From positions 41,970 through 105,969 of the forward strand of contig CANCXL010000001.1 in the NCBI GenBank assembly GCA_947381905.1: 64,000 bases of DNA. Reading direction: 5' to 3'. The notes under the pieces were generated by a model. That model saw only the letters and a list, made by a program, of their open reading frames with translations, did no database searches and was not told the origin of the DNA. Position 1 is the stretch's first letter, and the number at the start of each line of letters is the position of its first letter. This DNA is from an uncultured Clostridiaceae bacterium. GTDB lineage: Bacteria > Bacillota > Clostridia > TANB77 > CAG-465. Shown here one piece after another: positions 18,578 through 29,216 of this stretch. Both the position numbers and the translations under genes were made by a program.

Positions 18578-18901
18578 ATGAATAGAAAAGTTTTAATGTG
18601 TATTATATGGATAAGTTTTTTGATTTTTTCTATATCTTGTGTTTATGCTGCTACATCTACTCCAAGTTTAGTTACAAAAATAAATTCTGCTTTTAGTAAA
18701 ATACAAGGATATCTTGAAAAGATATCAACACCGATTGCAGGAGTATGTATTATTAGTGGTATTTTAGTAAGGAAATTAAGTTTTGGCGATGAAAAGAAAA
18801 TGATTATCGGAAAGAAAATTATAATAAACTCTGTTATTGGATATGCATCTATAAGACTTATTGATCTTATTATTAAATTTATAGAAACTGTAGTTAAGTA
18901 A
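18578..18901 (+). CDS. small secreted/membrane protein (signal peptide plus two hydrophobic helices; VirB2/TrbC-pilin-like architecture)
   Basis: RBS GAAAGGGTGG. Signal peptide ending VYA/ATST, then two hydrophobic helices separated by a basic loop. Extremely AT-rich. Confidence 0.5.
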   Translation: MNRKVLMCIIWISFLIFSISCVYAATSTPSLVTKINSAFSKIQGYLEKISTPIAGVCIISGILVRKLSFGDEKKMIIGKKIIINSVIGYASIRLIDLIIKFIETVVK

Positions 18902-19689
18902 TGAAAGATATCATAAATAATGTTAATAGTATTTTAGGAAAACTTTATTCTTCAATTATTAATGATGGTTTTGAGCTACTAGATAAAATTACAGGATTAA
19001 ATTCTAAAATATTAAATATTAACACGCTTAAATTATTTAAAGATAATATTGATTCTATAAATGCAATAGTTATGTGTTTAATTATTGGTCTTTTTATATT
19101 TTTTATTCTCAAATATATTATTTCATTATATAGTGATGTATACATATTAAGTATTTACAGCTTAATTATTAGGACTATTGTTGTTGCTATAATATGTACT
19201 AATAGTATATATATTTGTTCTACTATATTAGATATTCACTATGAACTTTATCAAGGAACTAAAAAATGTTTAGAAGAAATAAGTAAAGAAAATATACAAT
19301 ATAATTTTTTAAAAGAAGATATAAAAACTTTAGAAGACTTTTTTAAAAGTACAAATAAAATTGGACTAAAAGGAATAAAAGATAGTATATTATGTACATA
19401 TATTATTTTCTTGATTGTAAGCTTTTCATGTAGATATATAGTAGTTATACTATGCATTATTTTATCTCCGCTTTTTCTTATGTTTCTAATAAGTAATAAA
19501 ACAATAAAATATACTTTATTATGGTTTAAGACTTTTATAATTGCGTTGTTTTTAGAAACAGTAAATATAATTATTATCTTTATTCCTATTACAAGCAATA
19601 AAGATAAGGAATTGTATCCGGTTATATTACTTGGAAGTATGTTTATTATGTATAAAGTGAATAAAAAGATAGGAGATTTTACTAAATGA
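18901..19689 (+). CDS. polytopic integral membrane protein (262 aa)
   Basis: Start overlaps the upstream stop (TAATG). About 6 predicted TM segments with a charged central loop. Confidence 0.5.
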   Translation: MKDIINNVNSILGKLYSSIINDGFELLDKITGLNSKILNINTLKLFKDNIDSINAIVMCLIIGLFIFFILKYIISLYSDVYILSIYSLIIRTIVVAIICTNSIYICSTILDIHYELYQGTKKCLEEISKENIQYNFLKEDIKTLEDFFKSTNKIGLKGIKDSILCTYIIFLIVSFSCRYIVVILCIILSPLFLMFLISNKTIKYTLLWFKTFIIALFLETVNIIIIFIPITSNKDKELYPVILLGSMFIMYKVNKKIGDFTK

Positions 19690-20024
19690 TTAAAATTAAT
19701 AAACAAAGAGTATATAACTTTTATAATAAAAAGAAAAAGTGGCTAGGATTAGTAGATAACAAAACGTTATTCTATTTTGGTATATATGTATTTATAATAT
19801 TAAAAATAGTATCCATATTTAGTATGTCATATAGTATTAAAATATATATAATGGCAATTTTTATTTTACCCGTTATAATATTTGTGATATTAAATTTGCA
19901 AGAAGAAAGTATAATAGATAAATTTAAAGATATTATTTTATTTTATATTTTTAGAGGTTACTATTTAAAAACTATTCAAACATGTAAGGATAATATAGTA
20001 TATGTGAAAAATGTGGAAAAATAG
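19686..20024 (+). CDS. small integral membrane protein (112 aa)
   Basis: Overlaps the upstream stop by 4 nt. Two or three hydrophobic helices. Confidence 0.45.
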   Translation: MIKINKQRVYNFYNKKKKWLGLVDNKTLFYFGIYVFIILKIVSIFSMSYSIKIYIMAIFILPVIIFVILNLQEESIIDKFKDIILFYIFRGYYLKTIQTCKDNIVYVKNVEK

Positions 20025-20085
20025 CATATTGAAAAACTGAAATAAAAGTGATATAATGAACTCCAGTTGATTAGGAGATTTATTT

Positions 20086-21054
20086 ATGAAATTCGTTCAG
20101 AAAAACAAACTGGAACTAGGAGATACTTTAGTGCCAGATTTATTTATTTTAAATAATATGAAATTACTAAATGGAAATGATTTAAAAGTATATTTATATA
20201 TTTTATATCTTTTAAAGAAAGATGTTGATGTTGACTCAGATATGATAATGAAAGATCTTGAGCTAACAGACGAAGAAATGAAAACTTGTGTTGAGGTACT
20301 ACAGGCAGAAGGACTACTTCAAAAAACTACTAGAGGTATAATTGTTGTAGACGTGAAAGAAGCAGAAATAAATAAATCATATACTCCTAAATTTGATAGT
20401 AGCAAGAAAAAATATGAGACTGTTGTTGACCAAAAAAGAAAAGCCGCAGTTGCTGCAATTAACGAAAGTTTCTTTAATGCATGTATGACTTTTAGTTGGA
20501 ATACAGATATAGGAAATTTATACAATATGTATGGATTCTCTGATGAAGTTATGATTGCTCTTTTTCAGTATTGCAAAGAGAGAAAAGCATTAAACAGAAA
20601 ATATGTTTTTGCAGTTGCAGAAACTTGGTCAAATGGCGGAGTAAAGACTTTTGAAGACCTTGAGAATTTTTTAGATAATTGTGAAAGACTTAATAAAATT
20701 AAGCAAAAAATCTCTAGAGCATTAAGCTTAGGAAGAGCATTGTCTAAATATGAAGAGGTGTATGTAAGAAAATGGGTTGAAGAATATAATTATGATTTTG
20801 ATGTTATTGAAGAGGGACTAAAAAGGAGTACCTCTACAACTAATCCATCAATTAAATATATAGATGCAATAATTTCTAGTTGGTATAAAAAGGGATTTAA
20901 AACAGTTGATGATATACTTGAAGGAGAAAACCCTAAACAAGTAGAAAATACTAAAAGAGAGGTAAAAAGAATTACTGTAGAAAAGAAAAAAAGCTATCAG
21001 AGTTATTCTCAAAGAGAATATGATAGTTCAGACGATTTCTATGATGATATATAG
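20086..21054 (+). CDS. DnaD-domain replication initiation/membrane-attachment protein (Bacillus DnaB/DnaD-like)
   Basis: C-terminal DnaD-like domain including the YxxxIxxxW motif (KYIDAIISSWYKKG). RBS AGGAGA. Confidence 0.7.
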   Translation: MKFVQKNKLELGDTLVPDLFILNNMKLLNGNDLKVYLYILYLLKKDVDVDSDMIMKDLELTDEEMKTCVEVLQAEGLLQKTTRGIIVVDVKEAEINKSYTPKFDSSKKKYETVVDQKRKAAVAAINESFFNACMTFSWNTDIGNLYNMYGFSDEVMIALFQYCKERKALNRKYVFAVAETWSNGGVKTFEDLENFLDNCERLNKIKQKISRALSLGRALSKYEEVYVRKWVEEYNYDFDVIEEGLKRSTSTTNPSIKYIDAIISSWYKKGFKTVDDILEGENPKQVENTKREVKRITVEKKKSYQSYSQREYDSSDDFYDDI

Positions 21055-21069
21055 AGAGGAGGTTATCGT

Positions 21070-22074
21070 ATGCAAAGTGAAGCGTATAAAAAAGTTGAAA
21101 GAGATTTTAGTATAAAGAGGCAGCATGCTCAAAGTGATGCAAAACGCTTTAAAAAGAATGTATATGATGATAATCCAAAACTTGCTGAAATTGAAGATAA
21201 AATAAATAAAATATCTATTAAATCTATAAAATCTAGAATTTTTTCTGATGATTTAAGTCGTCAAATAGAGCAAGATAAACTCACATCACAGCTAGACAGA
21301 TTAAATAGAGAGTATGAGGAACAATTATCTATAATTGGATTAAGTAAAAGAGATTTTGAACCTAAATATGAGTGTTCAAAATGTGGCGATACTGGTTTTG
21401 TTGGAAATAAAATGTGTAGTTGTTTTAATCAACAATTAATAAACGAATCTTTTAAACAATCAAATATGTTTAAGGTAAAAGATGAAAATTTTGCAACTTT
21501 TGATTTTGGATATTATTCATCTTCAAATGATAAGGAAAAATATGGTATAGAGAAATCTCCTCTTGAAAATATAGATGCAATTAGAAAACTAGCATATAAC
21601 TTTTCACATAATTTAGAAGATCCAGCACAAAAAAATTTATTATTTACAGGAAGTACTGGACTAGGCAAGACATTTTTAGCAAATTGTGTCGCATCAGAAA
21701 CAATTAAACAAGGAAAGAGTGTTATATATCAAACAGCACCAATTCTTTTAGATAAAATGGTGGACTATAAATTTAAATTTAACAAAACAGATAGTGAAAG
21801 AGAAGAGTACGATAAAATCTTTGACGTAGATTTACTTATTATAGATGATTTGGGTACTGAATCTATGAATAGTGCAAAATTTAGTGAATTATTTAATATC
21901 CTTAATACACGATTATTAAAAAACAAAAAAATATTAATATCAACAAACTTAACACCACAGGAAATAAAAAGAGAATATGAAGAAAGAATTTTTTCTAGAT
22001 TTGTTGGTGATTTTATAATATGTAGGTTTGTTGGTGAGGATATAAGACTACTTAAAAAGAAATTGACAAGATAA
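21070..22074 (+). CDS. dnaI: DnaI/DnaC-like helicase loader (IstB-type AAA+ ATPase with N-terminal zinc-binding module)
   Basis: Zn module CSKCGDTGF...CSC. Walker A GSTGLGKT, Walker B LLIIDDLG. RBS GAGGAGG. Confidence 0.75.
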   Translation: MQSEAYKKVERDFSIKRQHAQSDAKRFKKNVYDDNPKLAEIEDKINKISIKSIKSRIFSDDLSRQIEQDKLTSQLDRLNREYEEQLSIIGLSKRDFEPKYECSKCGDTGFVGNKMCSCFNQQLINESFKQSNMFKVKDENFATFDFGYYSSSNDKEKYGIEKSPLENIDAIRKLAYNFSHNLEDPAQKNLLFTGSTGLGKTFLANCVASETIKQGKSVIYQTAPILLDKMVDYKFKFNKTDSEREEYDKIFDVDLLIIDDLGTESMNSAKFSELFNILNTRLLKNKKILISTNLTPQEIKREYEERIFSRFVGDFIICRFVGEDIRLLKKKLTR

Positions 22075-22090
22075 AAATCTTGTCAATTTT
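22055..22090 (+). terminator. rho-independent terminator after the dnaI-like gene
   Basis: TTGACAAGAT / ATCTTGTCAA stem followed by TTTTTCTT. Confidence 0.55.
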
Positions 22091-22175
22091 TCTTGCGTTT
22101 TTTTCAATAAGTGATATAATAATTTCGCATATTTTTTTAATATATTCAAAAAATAATTTTAAGGATGTGATTAAA

Positions 22176-22940
22176 GTGAATAATTTCAAATTTTATGTTT
22201 TAGGAAATTTTTCTCCAAATATAAGAACATTTGGAAAATGTAAAAGCACTTGCTATATGCTAATGGGATTTAAAAGAATAATGTTTTTAGATTTTGGAGC
22301 AGGAATATTTCATGATTTTAAACGTATTATTGAGGAAAAGAAAATTGATTTTAGCCAAATAATTATAATTATTTCTCATAATCATATAGACCATAATTTT
22401 TCACTACTGGAACTTTCATCATATCTTGAAAAATACAATAGAAAAAATGGTACAAAAGTGAAAGTTAAGGTTGTAATGCCTAAAAGAAGTATAATATATT
22501 CATTAGCTAATAAAAGTAGAGTACTTGATGTATATATTTTAAACGAAGAGTTTAAAATGAATATTGGTGGAGCGAAATTTTCTTTTTGCAAGACTATACA
22601 TAAAGGTGAATCTTATGCGACAAAGATAGAATATAAAAATAAAGTATTTGTATATACATCTGATATTGCAAGATACTCAAATAAACTTAAGGATTTTATT
22701 AAAAACAGTGATACTGTTTTAGTAGACGCTGGATATCCGAACAAAAAAATAGATAATTTTAGAAATTATCATGGAAGGACTAAAGATATCTTAAATGAAA
22801 CCGCAAAACAGAATGTAAAGAAAATATATGCAACGCATCTTAGATTCTTCTCAAAATACGAAGATTATAAAAAATGTTTTCCTATAAATCAAAATATAGA
22901 ATTGGTTTTAGAAAACAATGAATATGATCTTTTTAAATAA
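22176..22940 (+). CDS. MBL-fold metallo-hydrolase
   Basis: HxHxDH motif (SHNHIDH). GTG start chosen after the terminator, with AGGA RBS. Start is uncertain. Confidence 0.6.
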   Translation: MNNFKFYVLGNFSPNIRTFGKCKSTCYMLMGFKRIMFLDFGAGIFHDFKRIIEEKKIDFSQIIIIISHNHIDHNFSLLELSSYLEKYNRKNGTKVKVKVVMPKRSIIYSLANKSRVLDVYILNEEFKMNIGGAKFSFCKTIHKGESYATKIEYKNKVFVYTSDIARYSNKLKDFIKNSDTVLVDAGYPNKKIDNFRNYHGRTKDILNETAKQNVKKIYATHLRFFSKYEDYKKCFPINQNIELVLENNEYDLFK

Positions 22941-22975
22941 AAAAGCGAATACATGTAGTTTATGTATTCGCTTTT
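22941..22975. terminator. bidirectional hairpin terminator between convergent genes
   Basis: AAGCGAATACAT / ATGTATTCGCTT 12-bp stem with T-runs on both sides. Confidence 0.6.
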
Positions 22976-22980
22976 ATTTC

Positions 22981-23901
22981 TTAAAAATTATATTCTTCAC
23001 GTTTTCTTTCTATTTTAAGTAATTGCTCATAAAGTTTTTCTTCTCTTTCTGATATATCTTCTGGAAGATCGATATGTACTTTTAGATTTAAATCGCCACG
23101 TGATCCATTTTCTGTTATATATCCTTTATTTGGAACTGTTACCATCTCACCATCTCTTAGATGTTTTGGAAGAGAAACAAATAACTTTTCATCCATTATT
23201 TGAATTTTATATTTTCCTCCAAGTGCTGCTACAGCAGGTGTTATGTTGATTTCTTTGATAAAGTCAGAACCAGATATTTTAAGCTCATTGTCTTCTAGTA
23301 ATTTAACATGAATTATTAAATCACCATTCTTTCCGCCATTCTTTCCAGGATTTCCAAGAGCTGCAAGTCTAATTTTATCTCCATTTTTTATTCCTACAGG
23401 AACTTTTACAGAAAATGTTTTCATTCCTGTTTTATATGCTTTTATAGCAATTTTCTTTTCTGCACCGAAGAAACCTTCTTCAATACTTACATCTAAATGC
23501 GTAACTATATCTGTTCCTTTTATAGGCTTCACTTTTTTATCTGGAGAATCTATATCGCTATTTGTTGTGTCACCCTTTTTAAATCCAAGGATTTGATTTA
23601 AAATATCGTTAAACACATTTGCACCAGATTTTATTTCGTATTTTACGTCAGAAAGACCAGACTCGATATTTGCAAAACCATAACCGTATTTTGCAACTTG
23701 TCTATCATATTTTCTTCTTTTTTCTGCATCCATTAATACAGCATAAGCCTCGTTTATATCTTTAAATTTTTCTTCTGCTGCGGGTTCTTTATTTTTGTCT
23801 GGATGGTACTCTTTTGCAAGTCTTCTAAAGTTTAATTTTATATCTTGATCAGAACTTTTTCTGTTTACTTCTAATATGGCATAATAGTTTTTGTATTTCA
23901 T
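22981..23901 (-). CDS. J-domain co-chaperone, CbpA/DnaJ class II-like (no Cys-rich zinc finger)
   Basis: N-terminal J domain with HPD (YYAILEV...EYHPDKN) and a DnaJ C-terminal substrate-binding domain. Confidence 0.75.
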   Translation of the reverse strand: MKYKNYYAILEVNRKSSDQDIKLNFRRLAKEYHPDKNKEPAAEEKFKDINEAYAVLMDAEKRRKYDRQVAKYGYGFANIESGLSDVKYEIKSGANVFNDILNQILGFKKGDTTNSDIDSPDKKVKPIKGTDIVTHLDVSIEEGFFGAEKKIAIKAYKTGMKTFSVKVPVGIKNGDKIRLAALGNPGKNGGKNGDLIIHVKLLEDNELKISGSDFIKEINITPAVAALGGKYKIQIMDEKLFVSLPKHLRDGEMVTVPNKGYITENGSRGDLNLKVHIDLPEDISEREEKLYEQLLKIERKREEYNF

Positions 23902-24041
23902 ATAGTACCCCTTTAAAAACTAATTGTTTACTGATTTTTATTATATCATACTTTATATAAAATTCAAGAATATTAACTTGCTTTTTTATTTTTTTTTTAG
24001 TATAATATGGGAGTAAAAACACAAATGGAGGTATGAATATA

Positions 24042-26513
24042 ATGGACATTAATGATGAAAACTTTTTATCTGCACAAAAAATTGTACCGGTAAAAATTGA
24101 AGAAGAAATGAAAAGATCATACATAGATTACGCAATGAGTGTTATCGTTTCTCGTGCACTTCCAGATGTAAGAGATGGTTTAAAACCTGTTCATAGAAGA
24201 ATATTATATACAATGAATAATTTAACTTTATGGCCAGAAAAACCATACAGAAAATCTGCAAGTATTGTTGGAGACGCAATGGGTAATTACCATCCACATG
24301 GTGACGCTGCAATATATGACGCTTTAGTTCGTTTATCACAAAACTTTTCATTAAGATATCCTTTAGTTGATGGTCACGGAAACTTTGGATCTATGGATAA
24401 TGATCCACCAGCTGCAATGAGATATACAGAAGCTAAACTTGAAAAGATAGCTTTAGAAATGTTAGGAGACTTAGACAAGGATACAGTAGACTTCGTACCT
24501 AACTATGATGATAGATTAAAAGAGCCTTCTGTACTACCCGCAAAATTACCTTATCTTTTAATAAATGGAGCATATGGTATTGCTGTTGGTATGGCTTCAA
24601 ATATACCACCACATAACTTATCTGAAGTTGTAGATGGTACTATTGCTCAATTAGAAAATCCAGAAATTACAAATGAAGAATTGATGCAATATATTAAAGG
24701 ACCAGATTTTCCTACTGCTGGTATTATAGTTGGAAAAGAAGGAATTAAGGATGCATATACTACTGGACGTGGTAAGGTTTGTTTAAGAGCAAAGGCCGAA
24801 ATAGAAGAAGATAATAGAGGAAGATTTAGAATAATTGTCACTGAAATTCCATATCAAGTAAATAAAGCTGCACTTGTAGAAAACATTGCAAAACTTGTAC
24901 AAGCTAAAACTCTTGAAGGAATATCAGACTTAAGAGATGAAACAGATAGAGAATCTGGAATGGATTGTTCTGTTCGTATTGTAATCGAACTAAAAAGGGA
25001 TGCAAATCCAAACGTTGTTTTAAATCAGCTATATAAACATACTCAATTACAAAATACTCAAAGTATGTTAATGCTTGCAATTGTTGATGGTGTTCCTAAA
25101 GTATTAACTTTAAGAGAGATACTTGCCGAATACATTAAACATAGAGAAAATGTTGTAATTAGAAGAACAAAATTTGATCTTGCAAAAACAGAAGCAAGAA
25201 TTCATATTTTAGAAGGATTAAGAATTGCAATTGATCATATAGATGAAGTTATACATGTAATTAGAAATTCTTATGATAATGCATTGCAAAACTTAATGCA
25301 AACATTTGGACTTAGTGAAATTCAAGCTCAAGCTATATTAGATATGAGACTTGCAAGATTACAAGGACTTCAAAGAGATAAGATTGAAGAAGAATACAAT
25401 GAGCTATTAGCTCTTGCTAAACACTTAAGAGAGATTCTTGCATCAGAAGAGCTTGTAAGAAATATAATTAAAGATGAATTATTAGAATTAAAAGCAAAAT
25501 TTGGTGATGAGAGAAAAACTGAAATTACTCATGGTGAAGGGGATATTGACATTGAGTCTTTAATAAAAGAAGAAAATAATGTTGTTACACTTACTCACTT
25601 TGGATATATTAAGAGAGTATCTGCAGATACATATAAGAGTCAAAGACGTGGTGGAAAAGGATTAACTGGAATGAATACTCGTGAAGAGGATTTCGTTGAA
25701 CACATCTTTGTTACTTCAACGCATAATAGTCTTATGTTCTTTACTAATACTGGTAAAGTATTTAGACTTAAAACATATGAGCTTCCAGAGGCAAGTAGAA
25801 CTGCAAAAGGTACAGCTATAGTTAACTTATTGCAACTTTCACAAGGTGAAAAAGTTACAGCAGTTATGCCAGTTGAAGACTTTAATGATGAATCACTATA
25901 TGTATTAATGGCAACAGCAAACGGACTAATTAAGAAAACTAGTCTTTGCGAGTATTCTAATATTAGAAAGACTGGAATTCAAGCAATTACTTTAAAAGAA
26001 GATGATGAACTAATTGATGTAAGACTTACAGATGGTAATAATGATATAATAATGGTTACAAGAGAAGGATTATCAATTAGATTTAAAGAGGAAGAAGTAA
26101 GAGCAGTTGGAAGAACATCTATGGGTGTTAAAGGAATTGCTTTAGGTAAAGAGGATAAAGTAGTTGGAATGGAGCCAATAAAAGAAGATAATGGATATGT
26201 TCTTGCTATAACTGAAAATGGCTTTGGAAAGAGAACTGAACTTGAAGAATATAGATGTCAAGGCAGAGCAGGTAAAGGTGTTCTAACATATAAAGTAACA
26301 TCTAAAACTGGAAATATAGTTGGAGTAAAACTTGTTAATGATAATGATGAAGTAATGTTAATTACAGATACAGGAATAATAATAAGATTAAATGTAAATG
26401 ATATTAGTATTCTTGGTAGAAATACACAAGGTGTAACTCTTATGAGAACATCAGATGGTGGTAAAGTAATAAATATTGCAAAAGTTCCTCAAGAAGATGA
26501 AGAGGAAGAATAA
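24042..26513 (+). CDS. gyrA: type IIA topoisomerase subunit A of the gyrase type (GyrA box present)
   Basis: Catalytic-Tyr region AMRYTEA. GyrA-box QRRGGKG present in the C-terminal domain. Start at 24042 with GGAGGT placed 9 nt upstream. No gyrB adjacent. Confidence 0.85.
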   Translation: MDINDENFLSAQKIVPVKIEEEMKRSYIDYAMSVIVSRALPDVRDGLKPVHRRILYTMNNLTLWPEKPYRKSASIVGDAMGNYHPHGDAAIYDALVRLSQNFSLRYPLVDGHGNFGSMDNDPPAAMRYTEAKLEKIALEMLGDLDKDTVDFVPNYDDRLKEPSVLPAKLPYLLINGAYGIAVGMASNIPPHNLSEVVDGTIAQLENPEITNEELMQYIKGPDFPTAGIIVGKEGIKDAYTTGRGKVCLRAKAEIEEDNRGRFRIIVTEIPYQVNKAALVENIAKLVQAKTLEGISDLRDETDRESGMDCSVRIVIELKRDANPNVVLNQLYKHTQLQNTQSMLMLAIVDGVPKVLTLREILAEYIKHRENVVIRRTKFDLAKTEARIHILEGLRIAIDHIDEVIHVIRNSYDNALQNLMQTFGLSEIQAQAILDMRLARLQGLQRDKIEEEYNELLALAKHLREILASEELVRNIIKDELLELKAKFGDERKTEITHGEGDIDIESLIKEENNVVTLTHFGYIKRVSADTYKSQRRGGKGLTGMNTREEDFVEHIFVTSTHNSLMFFTNTGKVFRLKTYELPEASRTAKGTAIVNLLQLSQGEKVTAVMPVEDFNDESLYVLMATANGLIKKTSLCEYSNIRKTGIQAITLKEDDELIDVRLTDGNNDIIMVTREGLSIRFKEEEVRAVGRTSMGVKGIALGKEDKVVGMEPIKEDNGYVLAITENGFGKRTELEEYRCQGRAGKGVLTYKVTSKTGNIVGVKLVNDNDEVMLITDTGIIIRLNVNDISILGRNTQGVTLMRTSDGGKVINIAKVPQEDEEEE

Positions 26514-26523
26514 AATATATAAT

Positions 26524-26555
26524 TTAAGAGTATAGAGAAATCTATACTCTTTTTT
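26524..26555 (+). terminator. rho-independent terminator after gyrA
   Basis: AGAGTATAG / CTATACTCT stem followed by a T7 run. Confidence 0.6.
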
Positions 26556-26701
26556 TAAAAAAAGATAAATTTGTGGTATAATATATTTCGTGTAATATAA
26601 ATCTATAATTTACTTTTATAATTAAGGTGAAGTTTAACATAATATGTTTTAAAAATCTATGATTTGTGTTATAATAATATTATTGTAAAGGAGGAATCTA
26701 T

Positions 26702-27865
26702 ATGTTTGAGTTTAACAAACAAAATATAAAAAAGATTCTATTAATTATTACTTATACAATTTTACTTTGTTTTGCTTTAATTAACTTTAAATTTGTACTT
26801 AATGTTATTGGATATATTTTAAATTTATTAAAACCATTTATCTTTGGCTTTTGTATAGCATTTATTTTAAATATTCCATTAAGTAAGATAGAAAATATAA
26901 TTTCAAAACTAAAGAAAAACAAGAAGAATAAAAAGAAAAAAGATATTCAAGGAGTAAATAAACCAAACAAAAAAGTTAGAGCATTTTCAATAATGATGTC
27001 TTTAATTATTTTTATTGGAATAATATTTTTCACTTTATTTTTAGTAATACCAGAATTTATTAATACAATTAGTATCTTAAAAGAAAATGTTCCTAATGCA
27101 TTTGATCAGGCAAAAGAATGGACGATGAATTTGATGGATAGTAATCCTAGAATTCTAGAGAAAATTAATGAAATAAAGCCCGATTGGAATAAAGTAGATG
27201 CTAGCGTAACTGAATTTGTAAAAAAAGCTGCAACTGGACTTATTGGATTTTCTATTGAATTTGTTGTAGGTGTATTTTCAGGATTAATTAATTTCTTTAT
27301 GGGAATTATTTTTGCTGTTTATATGCTATCACAAAAAGAAAAATTTTTGTCTCAAATTAAACGAATATGTGTAACTTATATTTCAAAAGAAAAATGTGAA
27401 AAAATATTTAAAATAGGAAGTATAACAAATGACACTTTTAAGAAGTTTTTTGGTGGTCAATTTATTGAAGCGATTCTTCTTGGCGTAATGTGTTTTATTG
27501 GAATGACAATATTTAAAATGCCTTATGCATTAACAATTTCAGTACTTATTGGAGTGACTGCATTAATACCAGTTTTTGGTGCATTCTTTGGTACAGGAAT
27601 TGGTGCAATTCTTATTCTTGCTGTTGATCCAGCAAAGGCATTTTGGTTTGTTATCTACATTTTAGTTATACAACAAATAGATGGAAATTTAATTTATCCT
27701 AAAGTAGTTGGTGATTCTGTAGGACTTCCAGCAATATGGGTAATGCTTGCGGTCTTAGTTGGAGGAAATAGTTTGGGAATAATTGGAATGCTTGTTGGTG
27801 TACCAATTGCATCTGTTATATATAAACTTATAAAAGAAAAAGTTAATAAAGGTGAAAAAGCATAA
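26702..27865 (+). CDS. AI-2E family transporter (PerM/YtvI-like, UPF0118)
   Basis: Eight-TM topology and the conserved C-terminal region of the AI-2E family. RBS AAGGAGGAA. Confidence 0.7.
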   Translation: MFEFNKQNIKKILLIITYTILLCFALINFKFVLNVIGYILNLLKPFIFGFCIAFILNIPLSKIENIISKLKKNKKNKKKKDIQGVNKPNKKVRAFSIMMSLIIFIGIIFFTLFLVIPEFINTISILKENVPNAFDQAKEWTMNLMDSNPRILEKINEIKPDWNKVDASVTEFVKKAATGLIGFSIEFVVGVFSGLINFFMGIIFAVYMLSQKEKFLSQIKRICVTYISKEKCEKIFKIGSITNDTFKKFFGGQFIEAILLGVMCFIGMTIFKMPYALTISVLIGVTALIPVFGAFFGTGIGAILILAVDPAKAFWFVIYILVIQQIDGNLIYPKVVGDSVGLPAIWVMLAVLVGGNSLGIIGMLVGVPIASVIYKLIKEKVNKGEKA

Positions 27866-27970
27866 AAAATAATACATTAATTTAGGTGAGTATATAAATT
27901 ATACTCACTTTTCTATTGAAAAAAGAATTTTTTTAAAATAAAATAAGAGTATAAGGTATGGAGGTAAAAT

Positions 27971-28675
27971 ATGAAAAATTCAAAATTTACAAGAGTTATA
28001 ATTATTTTATTGTTACTTATTATTTTGACTTTAGCAATAACAGCAATGGTATTTTTCTTTATGAATAAATCTAATGTTAATAAATTAAATGATATTACAC
28101 AAGCAAAAAATGATTGTGAAACACAAATCATGGAGAAGGATTTAAAAATTAGTGAATTAGAGACAACAAGAGATAATTTACAAAAATCATTAGATGATAT
28201 CAATAATGAAGAGTTTTCAAATTTTGTGTATGATTACAAGAAATATAGTACAGATACCGTAAGAATAACAGAACATGGAATTGATAAAATGGGAATGAGT
28301 GTAAGTAGAAATCTTGATGGTAATATTGAAATGTGTGTTTATGATAAAACATATATTTCTGGATATTCAGGAGAGGTTTCAAGAGAGAATAAACCTATTG
28401 ATGGACTATTTGGAAAAGTTTCTAAATGTTATATTTATAACTTAGGAAATGGAATTAATCCACAAGTATTATTTTTATTAGAAAATGGTAAAGTACAATA
28501 TATAGACACAAATGCTTTATCAAAGGGAAATTTTATAATAGGTGGAACACTAGATGTAGAGAAAGTTGTAGATATTATAGAAGTTAACGTAGGTTATTCT
28601 GGTGCTGGTGGACATATAGCCTTTGCTACAATTGATGTAAATGGAAATGTAAAAGTATTTAATGAATTAAAATAG
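27971..28675 (+). CDS. hypothetical membrane-anchored protein (N-terminal TM, coiled-coil, extracellular domain)
   Basis: ORF with RBS GGAGG. Followed by a hairpin plus T-run terminator at about 28711-28747. Confidence 0.5.
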   Translation: MKNSKFTRVIIILLLLIILTLAITAMVFFFMNKSNVNKLNDITQAKNDCETQIMEKDLKISELETTRDNLQKSLDDINNEEFSNFVYDYKKYSTDTVRITEHGIDKMGMSVSRNLDGNIEMCVYDKTYISGYSGEVSRENKPIDGLFGKVSKCYIYNLGNGINPQVLFLLENGKVQYIDTNALSKGNFIIGGTLDVEKVVDIIEVNVGYSGAGGHIAFATIDVNGNVKVFNELK

Positions 28676-28774
28676 TTTATATAAAATCTATAAAATTAAG
28701 TGAAAATACAAAAGAATAAGGAAAATAAGCCTTATTCTTTATTTTTTGCAAAAAGTATGATATAATAATTATGT

Positions 28775-29097
28775 TTAGTATACTATATGATCGCTGGTCT
28801 TATGACGAGAGGAAAGTCCGGACACTATAGAGCAGGGTGCTAGATAACGTCTAGTGGGAGTAATCCTAAGGAAAGTGCAACAGAAAATTACCGCTACATT
28901 TGTAGTAAGGGTGAAAACGTGAGGTAAGAGCTCACGAGCTTTTGTGGAGACATGAAAGCGGTGTAAACCCCACCTAGTGCAACTCCAGAAGAAAACGTTT
29001 GTAGGTTGCTCGCCAAGTTTTGAGTTGGAGGCTTGAAATATATAGCAATATATATTCTAGATAAATGATCATTTAATACAGAATCCGGCTTATTATA
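28775..29097 (+). ncRNA. rnpB: RNase P RNA, bacterial type B (Firmicutes)
   Basis: Conserved GAGGAAAGTCCGGAC near the 5' end and ACAGAATCCGGCTTA near the 3' end. Extended -10 TGaTATAAT at 28758-28766. Terminator hairpin at about 29113-29140. Not represented in the ORF track. Confidence 0.85.
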
Positions 29098-29216
29098 TGC
29101 TAAATATTAAAAAAAGCTCAACTTTGAGCTTTTTTTTGACAATAAAATAATATGATGTTATTATTTATACATAGAATATATATTTACTATTTTTTTAATA
29201 AAAAGGAGGAGTTGTT

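Noticed and set aside
22080-22175. Track start 22080 for the MBL-fold gene (MSIFLAFF...)
   Set aside because: It overlaps the dnaI-like terminator hairpin and T-run. The upstream extension is translation of terminator/AT-rich DNA. GTG 22176 after AGGA preferred, though the start is still uncertain.
24042-26513. Possibility that this is ParC (topoisomerase IV) rather than GyrA
   Set aside because: The C-terminal domain carries the canonical GyrA box QRRGGKG, which is absent from ParC. Kept as a gyrase-type A subunit while flagging the missing adjacent gyrB.
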